A DNA stretch of 21,885 nt from Minisyncoccia bacterium (lineage in GTDB: Bacteria; Patescibacteriota; Minisyncoccia; Phycocordibacterales; UBA918). The DNA lies in assembly GCA_964229335.1 (NCBI GenBank), contig CAXRCZ010000011.1, positions 1 to 21,885 of the forward strand. Direction: 5' to 3'. The notes beneath the pieces are model-generated. The model saw only the letters and a program-made list of their open reading frames with translations. It ran no database searches and had not been told where the DNA came from. This document shows positions 1 through 6,500 of this stretch, piece by piece; within the stretch, counting starts at the first letter, position 1, and every line of letters begins with the position of its first letter. Both the position numbers and the translations under genes were made by a program.

Positions 1-1
1 T

Positions 2-148
2 GATGCGTACGACTATCTTGATGACGCACTAGACGCACTCTACGATGCTGAAGACGCATACGATGACCGCGACTACGATGACGCTATCGACTACGCTCAC
101 GACGCTGAAGACGAAATCGATGATGCGTTAGATGAGATTGACTACTAA
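2..148 (+). CDS. 3' end of a protein with a highly acidic D/A/Y-rich helical repeat (5' part outside the window)
   Basis: Frame 2 is open from the window edge: DAYDYLDDALDALYDAEDAYDDRDYDDAIDYAHDAEDEIDDALDEIDY, TAA at 146-148, followed by a terminator. Not in the ORF track because it has no start codon. Confidence 0.75.
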   Translation, partial: DAYDYLDDALDALYDAEDAYDDRDYDDAIDYAHDAEDEIDDALDEIDY

Positions 149-163
149 CATCTCCTCGTAATT

Positions 164-194
164 AAAAAATCCTGCCAATACGGCAGGATTTTTT
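164..194. terminator. Bidirectional intrinsic terminator
   Basis: AAAAAATCCTGCC-aatac-GGCAGGATTTTTT between two convergent genes. Confidence 0.85.
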
Positions 195-200
195 ATTACT

Positions 201-518
201 TTATATTCCCGGTTTTCTAGAGCGTTTTTTAAAATTAAATTCCCGCAGTTTTTTGCTTTCTTGTAGCTTAGTAAAGACAGTTTCTGGTTTTCGCGTCGTG
301 TGCACGGCGACTTTTTGGGCGCTTTGACCACTGATAATAAGTTCAAAGCCAGCAGTAGTGAATACACAAGTCACATACCGCTCGCTAGCTGTTTTGCGAT
401 TACTACGAATCTCTCCGGGCGCAATCATTTTTATACCTGGTATTTTCTCGAGCTCCTTCACCACCACTTTGGCGGTTTCAGTCAGGGTAGAGTGTTCGCG
501 ACCACGGGCTTTTGGCAT
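201..518 (-). CDS. DUF2103-like small protein
   Basis: 105 aa; HSTL...LEKIPGIKMIAPGEI...G..L...GQSAQKVAVHT resembles DUF2103 as recalled. Extended -10 (TGcTATAGT) lies 6 nt before the ATG. Confidence 0.6.
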   Translation of the reverse strand: MPKARGREHSTLTETAKVVVKELEKIPGIKMIAPGEIRSNRKTASERYVTCVFTTAGFELIISGQSAQKVAVHTTRKPETVFTKLQESKKLREFNFKKRSRKPGI

Positions 519-532
519 GGTTGTACTATAGC

Positions 533-568
533 AAAAAGCCCGCCGAACCAGTAAAGGTTGGGCGGGCT
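533..568 (-). terminator. Intrinsic terminator of the 615-1070 gene
   Basis: AGCCCGCC (537-544) / GGCGGGCT (561-568) stem with a T-run on the minus strand. A second imperfect hairpin lies at 574-604. Confidence 0.75.
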
Positions 569-614
569 CTATTTAACCTTCGCGCCCTATTACGCGGAGG
601 GTTGATGAACAATA

Positions 615-1070
615 CTATGCCAGCTTCAGCACTTCTCGAAGCTCTTCCTCGAAATCGAAAGTATATTCGGTAGATTGAAGCGCTACGGTGTCACCATCGA
701 TGGTACAAGTTCCACCCCATTCGCCTGCATAAGTGTAGGTAATGTTGCAGGTTTTGGCGATGTCCGGAGGAATGGCTGTCTTGTCGATTGCCTGCAGCGA
801 TAATTCTCGCTCGAATACCAAATACATCTTGGTGGCCTTAGCACGATTTGCCATACCGATAACCTGTTTGTCGCCTTCCTTACGAACTCTGACTTCGTAA
901 GAAGTATTTATAACAACCATCGGTGGTTCACTGTCGTTAGCAAACGCCAGGGTGCGATATGTATACTCCGGACTCTGAATATCTGGAGATGTTTCGGCAG
1001 GTATTTCCTTAGCATCGCTACATGCTAGGAGTAGTACTACCGTGCTAATTATTAGTAGCTTCCTATACAT
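615..1070 (-). CDS. Hypothetical exported protein, probable lipoprotein
   Basis: 151 aa; basic N-terminus, hydrophobic stretch and lipobox-like LLA-C (Cys17). SD-like GAAAGGA 9 nt upstream. Confidence 0.65.
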   Translation of the reverse strand: MYRKLLIISTVVLLLACSDAKEIPAETSPDIQSPEYTYRTLAFANDSEPPMVVINTSYEVRVRKEGDKQVIGMANRAKATKMYLVFERELSLQAIDKTAIPPDIAKTCNITYTYAGEWGGTCTIDGDTVALQSTEYTFDFEEELREVLKLA

Positions 1071-1121
1071 CTAAATTCATCCTTTCGTTTTGATGTGAAT
1101 GCGAATAGGGTATCCTTTTAT

Positions 1122-1149
1122 ATTGTAGTATAAATCTCCAAAAAGTCAA
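1122..1149 (-). promoter_or_regulatory. Putative sigma70 promoter for the lipoprotein gene
   Basis: Minus strand TTGACT-16 nt-TACAAT. Confidence 0.55.
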
Positions 1150-1183
1150 TTTAAAAATAAAATAGTCAAGACTCAAGCAAACA

Positions 1184-1211
1184 TTGACTTTTTAACTCAT
1201 TTTGGTACTCT
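1184..1211 (+). promoter_or_regulatory. Putative sigma70 promoter for the rpsS-rplE unit
   Basis: TTGACT-16 nt-TACTCT with extended -10 TG. Confidence 0.6.
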
Positions 1212-1215
1212 AACG

Positions 1216-1536
1216 CCGTTCCAAACCTTTGTCGCATTTCTAGCTCACTGGAGCAAGAAGAACAAAAGAATAACGGAATGGGAATCCCTTCTAAGGCCGG
1301 CCGTTACCTGTCTTTACTAGGGATTCTCACTCAATCCGCCACTGAGCGGACTTTTTCAGTAAAAGTCTCCAATCAAGCGGTTTATCAAAAATCTATAAAC
1401 AACAAGGACTAACTGTAAGGGATGAAGTTCACGGAGTCTAGATTGATTGCGAGGAGCGGTATGACTATACCGCGACGAAGCAATCAGCCGTAACGACAAA
1501 GAAATTCGCCTGTACAGACCTGTCCGTACACACGAT
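1216..1536 (+). promoter_or_regulatory. Long structured 5' leader of rpsS
   Basis: About 320 nt non-coding with stems at 1216-1276, 1279-1329, 1336-1380 and 1406-1525. Confidence 0.5.
1406..1525 (+). repeat. Rod-shaped structured element (divergent member of the GAGG/ACRAAG-loop family)
   Basis: Nested stems GGAC/GTCC, CTGTA/TACAG, TTGATTGC/GCAATCAG and CGGTAT/ATACCG, with internal loops GAGGAG/CGACGAAG and CGGAG/GACAAAG. Confidence 0.5.
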
Positions 1537-1872
1537 ATGTCACGATCATTATATAAAGGTCCCTACGTAGATGAACGTCTACTAAAGAAGATCGACGGAA
1601 AGAAGCCTGGTGAAGGCGGCGCTATCAAAACATGGGCGCGAAATTCTGTCATTGCCCCAGAAATGGTTGGCTTTACCTTCGGTGTTCACAACGGAAAAGA
1701 CCACCTACCAGTCACCGTTACCGAAGACATGGTCGGTCACAAGCTCGGTGAGTTTGCCCCAACCAAGAAGTTCTGGAGACACGGAGGTAAAATGCAGAAA
1801 GAACTCGATATTAAGAAGAAAGAAGCTGAAATTGCAGCAGCCCGAGCAGCTAAAGCAGCGGCTAGTAAGTAA
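1537..1872 (+). CDS. rpsS: 30S ribosomal protein uS19 with C-terminal Ala/Lys-rich extension
   Basis: [12 protein letters not shown]...[22 protein letters not shown]...[12 protein letters not shown]. Confidence 0.98.
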   Translation: MSRSLYKGPYVDERLLKKIDGKKPGEGGAIKTWARNSVIAPEMVGFTFGVHNGKDHLPVTVTEDMVGHKLGEFAPTKKFWRHGGKMQKELDIKKKEAEIAAARAAKAAASK

Positions 1873-1881
1873 TAATTTGGT

Positions 1882-2199
1882 ATGAAAGCAACACTCAAAA
1901 ATTACCGCCAGTCGCCTCGCAAAGTTCGCCTCATTGCTGACTTAGTACGAGGGAAGAAAGCTACCGAAGCACTTACCATCCTTAAATTCGTCGATAAACG
2001 AGCGGCTGGACCGTTTGCGAAGCTTATCGAGTCAGCTATCGCTAACGCCAAGCAGCAGGGAAGGGATGTAGATAGCTTGAAAATCAAGCGAGTTTCAGTC
2101 GACAAAGGAACTGTCCTCAAGCGCTTTATGCCACGTGCTCGTGGTTCAGCGTCACGCATTAACAAACGTAACAGCCATATCTCAGTTGAGCTCGGCTAA
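1882..2199 (+). CDS. rplV: 50S ribosomal protein uL22
   Basis: RQSPRKVRLIADLVRGK...LKRFMPRARGSASRINKRNSHI. Confidence 0.98.
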   Translation: MKATLKNYRQSPRKVRLIADLVRGKKATEALTILKFVDKRAAGPFAKLIESAIANAKQQGRDVDSLKIKRVSVDKGTVLKRFMPRARGSASRINKRNSHISVELG

Positions 2200-2207
2200 T
2201 AATACTT

Positions 2208-2945
2208 ATGACACACACAGCACATCCATACATTCAACGGATCGGTGTCAATCGCAATTGGCGAAGCCGCTGGTTCACGACAGACCAAAAGAAGTTTCGT
2301 GAATACTTGCGAGTTGACGCTGCATTGCGCCGGTTCCTAAAGAAGCGTCTCAAAGGTATGTCAGTTGACGCGATTGAGATTGAACGAGATGACAAGTCTA
2401 TTCGTCTTATCATCAAAACTGCGAAGCCAGGACTTATCATTGGTCGCAACGGTGACGGAATCACTGCATTGAAGAAAGAACTTGACTTGTTTTTGCGCAA
2501 GCAAAAGATGAGTGAAAAACTTGATTTCAAGGTAGATATCGAAGAAGTACGTTCGCCAGAATCATCAGCTCGCATCGTCGGCCAAATGATTGCCGAAGGA
2601 TTAGAAAAGCGTCTGACTTTCCGTCGCGTAATGAAGCAAACAGCTGAGAAAGTAATGGCTAACCGAGATGTAGAAGGAGTTCGTATTATTCTTTCCGGTC
2701 GTCTTGCCGGCGCCGACATGGCTCGAAAAGAAGAAATTAAAAAAGGTCGAGTGCCACTACAAACCCTCCGCGCTGATATTGATTTTGCGCGAGTCGAAGC
2801 TAACTTGCCGTACGGAGTTATTGGTATCAAAGTCTGGATTTACCGCGGACAAGTGTTTGCTGATCGTGCCGCTGCTGCTACCCAAGCAGAAGCTGCGCCA
2901 GCACCACGAGCTCCACGACAAGCACGCGGCCAGAACGTTAAATAA
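2208..2945 (+). CDS. rpsC: 30S ribosomal protein uS3
   Basis: KH-domain KPGLIIGRNG, SGRLAGADMAR, GRVPLQTLRADIDF, YGVIGIKVWIY. Confidence 0.98.
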   Translation: MTHTAHPYIQRIGVNRNWRSRWFTTDQKKFREYLRVDAALRRFLKKRLKGMSVDAIEIERDDKSIRLIIKTAKPGLIIGRNGDGITALKKELDLFLRKQKMSEKLDFKVDIEEVRSPESSARIVGQMIAEGLEKRLTFRRVMKQTAEKVMANRDVEGVRIILSGRLAGADMARKEEIKKGRVPLQTLRADIDFARVEANLPYGVIGIKVWIYRGQVFADRAAAATQAEAAPAPRAPRQARGQNVK

Positions 2946-2954
2946 TAATTGCCT

Positions 2955-3395
2955 ATGTTAGTTCCAAAAAAAGTAAAACACCGTAAATGGCAAACCAATC
3001 GTATTAGCGAAGCTAGACGACAACGCCCAGATACGCGCGGAATTACCGTAGCGCATGGTCAGTACGGCCTAAAAGCAACGAGTGGTGGTCGTTTACGTTC
3101 AAACCAAATCGAAGCAGCTCGTCGAGTAATTTCTCGAACCCTAGGAAAGACTGGAAAAATCTGGATTCGTGTATTTCCAGACCGACCAATCACCAAAAAA
3201 GCAGCTGAGGTACCGATGGGTAAAGGTAAGGGAGACCCAGATCACTTTGTGTTCGAAGTTCGACCTGACCGAATCCTGTTCGAAGTATCAGGTGTAAAAG
3301 AAGAAGTTGCTCGCGAAGCATTTCGTAAGGCAACCGCAAAATTACCAGTTAAGGCTAAGTTCGTTCGCAAGAGTGAAGCTCCAAGCAAGAAATAA
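2955..3395 (+). CDS. rplP: 50S ribosomal protein uL16
   Basis: MLVPKKVKHRK...QIEAARR...IWIRVFPDRPIT.K...MGKGKG. ATG at 2955 preferred over TTG at 2949. Confidence 0.97.
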   Translation: MLVPKKVKHRKWQTNRISEARRQRPDTRGITVAHGQYGLKATSGGRLRSNQIEAARRVISRTLGKTGKIWIRVFPDRPITKKAAEVPMGKGKGDPDHFVFEVRPDRILFEVSGVKEEVAREAFRKATAKLPVKAKFVRKSEAPSKK

Positions 3396-3400
3396 TGCCT

Positions 3401-3598
3401 ATGAAAATGGAAAACATTCGAAAACAATCAGACAAAGAATTGATTGCCACCGTGGCAGAAGCTCGAAAAACTGTCCGAGAAGAACGCTTCAAGGACAAGT
3501 TCAGCCGCAAAGCTAATGTGATTCGTGAAGCCAAGCTCACCATCGCTCAAGCACTCACCGAACTTACTAGCCGCCGAGCTAATACCGATACCAAATAG
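3401..3598 (+). CDS. rpmC: 50S ribosomal protein uL29
   Basis: Position between rplP and rpsQ; IR..SDKEL...RF...IREAKLTIAQALT. Start could also be 3395 or 3407. Confidence 0.9.
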   Translation: MKMENIRKQSDKELIATVAEARKTVREERFKDKFSRKANVIREAKLTIAQALTELTSRRANTDTK

Positions 3599-3601
3599 CG
3601 T

Positions 3602-3874
3602 ATGAGTAATTCAGAAACAAACCAAGAACAAAAAATGTCCACTGGCGGACGCGTATTGCGCGGTACAGTGGTAGGTACAAAAATGCAGGATACCATTACG
3701 GTTGCGGTAGAACGGTATGTAAAGCACCCAAAGTACAAAAAGTACCTTCGTCGCACCAAGAAATATCTTGTGCACGATGCTGGTAATACAGCCAATGTAG
3801 GAGACAAGGTCGAAATTAAAGAAGTACCCCCGATGTCAAAGCGAAAAAGCTTTGCTCTGGTAACTAAAAACTAG
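3602..3874 (+). CDS. rpsQ: 30S ribosomal protein uS17
   Basis: GTVVGTKMQDTITVAVERYVKHPKYKK...KKYLVHD...PMSKRK. Confidence 0.98.
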   Translation: MSNSETNQEQKMSTGGRVLRGTVVGTKMQDTITVAVERYVKHPKYKKYLRRTKKYLVHDAGNTANVGDKVEIKEVPPMSKRKSFALVTKN

Positions 3875-3877
3875 CGT

Positions 3878-4249
3878 ATGATTCAACCACAAACAATAGT
3901 AAAGATTACAGACAACTCTGGTGGTAAGGTCGGTCGAGTATTCAAAGTACTAGGCGGATCGAAGAAACGCTACGCTGAGTTAGGGGAAATGGTGGTACTT
4001 TCAGTACAAACAGCTGAACCCCGAAAACAAATCAAGAAAAAAGACGTGGTATACGGAGTAGTGGTACGTCAACGAAAACCGTTTCGACGAAAAGATGGTT
4101 CATACGTGTCATTCGATGACAACGCTGTTGTAATCGTCGACAAGGTGAAAAAAGAACCACGAGCGAACCGTGTCTTTGGTCCGATTCCACGAGAATTATC
4201 AGAAGCAGGCTATCAACGGATTGTATCGTTGGCTCCTGAAGTAGTGTAA
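3878..4249 (+). CDS. rplN: 50S ribosomal protein uL14
   Basis: MIQPQT...DNSGGK...RKDGSYVSFDDNAVV...RVFGPIPREL...IVSLAPEVV. Confidence 0.98.
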   Translation: MIQPQTIVKITDNSGGKVGRVFKVLGGSKKRYAELGEMVVLSVQTAEPRKQIKKKDVVYGVVVRQRKPFRRKDGSYVSFDDNAVVIVDKVKKEPRANRVFGPIPRELSEAGYQRIVSLAPEVV

Positions 4250-4258
4250 TCAAAACGT

Positions 4259-4570
4259 ATGAAGATCAAACAAGGAGACACCGTAAAGATCATTGCTGGT
4301 AAAGACAAAGGAAAGACTGGCAATGTTCTCACTACACTAAAAGAAACCAACCAGGTGATTGTCGAAGGTATCAACATTGCCAAACGACACCAAAAAAATC
4401 GCCGCGTCCGCTCACAAGGGCAAATTGTCGAGAAAAGCATGCCAATTGATGTATCAAATGTCGCGTTGCTTGATGGAGACAAGGCTGTGCGAGTGGGTTA
4501 TAGCTACGAAGGAGAAGGTGATAAGCAAAAAAAGGTGCGAGTTGCCCGACCATCTGGTAAAAAGATTTAA
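4259..4570 (+). CDS. rplX: 50S ribosomal protein uL24
   Basis: KOW motif IKQGDTVKIIAGKDKGKTG; VEGINIAKRHQK; PIDVSNV. Confidence 0.98.
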   Translation: MKIKQGDTVKIIAGKDKGKTGNVLTTLKETNQVIVEGINIAKRHQKNRRVRSQGQIVEKSMPIDVSNVALLDGDKAVRVGYSYEGEGDKQKKVRVARPSGKKI

Positions 4571-4593
4571 TTAACGAGTAATAAATAGAGAGT

Positions 4594-5133
4594 ATGGAAT
4601 CAGTACAGACTCAACTAAAAAACGTATTTGACTCACTAAAGGGTGACTTCAATTACACCAACGTCAATCAAGCACCAGCCATCGAAAAAGTAGTTATTTC
4701 GGTCGGCACCGGTCGAGTTGATGACAAACAAAAAATTGCTCTTATCCAAGATCGTCTTGCGACCATTACTGGACAAAAAGCTTCTCCACGAGCAGCCAAG
4801 CAATCAATCGCATCATTCAAGTTGCGTGAAGGCGATATTATTGGTTACCAAGTAACCCTGCGTGGCGCACGGATGATTCACTTCTTAGACAAGTTGATTC
4901 ACCTCGCATTGCCACAAACCCGTGACTTCCGTGGGCTAAAGGTTACTTCTATTGATGAAATGGGCAACTACACCATTGGCATCAAGGAACACACCATCTT
5001 CCCAGAAACGGCTGACGAAGAACTAAAAGATGTGTTTGGTATGTCAGTCACTATCGTGACCTCTGCCAATACCAAAGCCGAAGCCGAAGCGCTTTTGCGA
5101 CACGTTGGCTTGCCTCTTCAAAAAGCTGAATAA
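4594..5133 (+). CDS. rplE: 50S ribosomal protein uL5
   Basis: ITGQK...AKQSIASFKLREG..IG..VTLRG...RDFRGL...GNYTIGIKEH.IFPE. Confidence 0.98.
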   Translation: MESVQTQLKNVFDSLKGDFNYTNVNQAPAIEKVVISVGTGRVDDKQKIALIQDRLATITGQKASPRAAKQSIASFKLREGDIIGYQVTLRGARMIHFLDKLIHLALPQTRDFRGLKVTSIDEMGNYTIGIKEHTIFPETADEELKDVFGMSVTIVTSANTKAEAEALLRHVGLPLQKAE

Positions 5134-5377
5134 GCTTTTTAGAAAGCAAACTGCTTTGCTTTCGGAAGAATCAAGAGACGGAGTCATAATTTTCTCACCT
5201 ATCCCAGTGAGAAAATAGGCGAGTCGGGCTCGAGAGTTCTAAAACAAAATGACCGCGATAGCGGTCATTTTGTTTTAGAAACTGGTGGGTGCCATTGCAG
5301 AAACCGGTCGAGGAGTCTAAATAGTTTCAGGCTCAAATAAGCACGAAAAACCTTTCAGAAGAAAGTTTTTTCGTGCT
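5121..5377. repeat. Array of consecutive hairpins downstream of rplE
   Basis: Inverted repeats at 5121-5139, 5142-5163, 5189-5216, 5237-5280 (perfect 20-bp arms, GATA loop), 5281-5308, 5313-5334 and 5340-5377. Confidence 0.7.
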
Positions 5378-5400
5378 GACGTATGCCATATTTTTGCACC

Positions 5401-5428
5401 TTGCTTTTTTATTAAAATGTGCTATTAT
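5401..5428 (+). promoter_or_regulatory. Putative promoter of the inserted gene
   Basis: TTGCTT-16 nt-TATTAT with extended -10 TG. Confidence 0.55.
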
Positions 5429-5554
5429 TTGCTTAGTTCTTTTCATATTTACCATAGCTTCAAGTTTGCAAATTAGTTGTCGATTTTAAGCTATGGTAAA
5501 CCTAATATCTTAGGAGCCGCTAGCGAATGACGAAAACCGCAAGGAGAAACCGTC

Positions 5555-6166
5555 ATGAACAAGCAAGAGATGAAATTCTGGGCACGCATGTTCGAAAACA
5601 CACCGAATATGACTTCTGAGGTGATGCAGGGCTGGATTGACAATCCCAAGGCCCTCAAGAAACTTCTGTCTGGACTCATTCCGGCAGAAACTCGCTTCAC
5701 CAGCCTGACCTCGCTCACGGTCGCCAGCAACACCGTCAACCCGTCCGATTTCTTCAAGACCCCTGAAGGTCTAGGGACGTCGAACAACTTCAACGACTTC
5801 ATCCTTTCGGGTGCGCGGAAGAAGAAGGTGTCGACGGATGAGACAACCATCCGCTATGCCGACTTGGCGCAGGCCGCCAATGACGCCGAGATCGGTGGAG
5901 AACTGCCTGAGGGCCATGTCTTTGAGGACGTCAATGTGTTCCTTGCCCATCTCGCGACGCTCATCGAGGGTCACTGGGGCGGCAAGGAAGGGATACTCCT
6001 CAACAACGGCTACGCCAACATCTTCTACGTGAAGGTGAACGGTGAAGTCTTCGCTGTCGACGTCCGCTGGCGCACCGTCAATCGGGAGTGGCACTGCTTA
6101 GCCGGTCGCCTCGGTGACGTTCGGTGGCGTGCTGGCGATCGGGCATTCTCGGCAACTGCCGCTTAG
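5555..6166 (+). CDS. Hypothetical protein inserted in the spc cluster; candidate DGR variable (target) protein
   Basis: 203 aa; SD AAGGAG at 5541-5546; visibly GC-richer than its neighbours. C-terminus LLNNGYANIFYV...V.VRW...W......W.AG.RAFS is encoded by an adenine-poor stretch. The ORF is well supported; the DGR role is inference. Confidence 0.7.
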   Translation: MNKQEMKFWARMFENTPNMTSEVMQGWIDNPKALKKLLSGLIPAETRFTSLTSLTVASNTVNPSDFFKTPEGLGTSNNFNDFILSGARKKKVSTDETTIRYADLAQAANDAEIGGELPEGHVFEDVNVFLAHLATLIEGHWGGKEGILLNNGYANIFYVKVNGEVFAVDVRWRTVNREWHCLAGRLGDVRWRAGDRAFSATAA

Positions 6167-6222
6167 AGCACTGTTCGTCTCACGTCCAGGCTCGAGCAGT
6201 GGTGGCCTAGTCATTACACAAA

Positions 6223-6268
6223 CCCCGCATCCAAAGAGGCCCTGCCTCTTTGGATGCGGGGCCTTTTT
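6223..6268 (+). terminator. Intrinsic terminator or long hairpin after the inserted gene
   Basis: Perfect 18-bp stem CCCCGCATCCAAAGAGGC-cct-GCCTCTTTGGATGCGGGG followed by ccTTTTT. Confidence 0.8.
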
Positions 6269-6281
6269 GTTTTGAATTAGA

Positions 6282-6309
6282 TTGCAAAATAATATTATTC
6301 TGGTATTGT
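6282..6309 (+). promoter_or_regulatory. Putative promoter re-starting transcription for rpsN-secY
   Basis: TTGCAA-16 nt-TATTGT with extended -10 TG, right after a terminator. Confidence 0.6.
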
Positions 6310-6500
6310 AGCGACACCAATGAGTAGTACAAAGTTGCTCTTGGAAGACTCGAAAGGGTCGGATTATTAGGGAGTACAGTCACTCAACTCGGAGTGAAAC
6401 GGCTCCATCCAAAAGAATAATTGGCAAATAATGTAGCGCCTTGCGATGCAAGGACTACTCTTTAATGTCACTATTCTTTTATCTAACATAACCTGAATCG

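Noticed and set aside
1-148. GAC/GAT-rich periodic DNA as a tandem repeat or CRISPR array
   Set aside because: Explained by Asp-rich coding sequence in frame 2; there is no fixed repeat unit.
1216-1536. tRNA or known riboswitch in the long intergenic regions (also 5134-5554 and 6315-6500)
   Set aside because: No cloverleaf with a T-loop and no riboswitch consensus recognisable by eye; an Rfam scan would be needed to exclude this fully.
5237-5290. GTTTTAGAAACT and its inverted copy resemble a type II CRISPR repeat/anti-repeat
   Set aside because: Only one inverted pair, no direct repeats with spacers and no cas genes in the window.
5491-6094. Overlapping ORFs 5491-5850, 5771-6094 and 5811-6032
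   Set aside because: By-products of the GC-rich 5555-6166 gene, which has the SD, promoter and terminator.
5134-6500. The rplE-rpsN insertion as an intron, IS element or complete DGR
   Set aside because: It is intergenic, encodes no transposase, homing endonuclease or reverse transcriptase, and shows no template repeat or target-site duplication.
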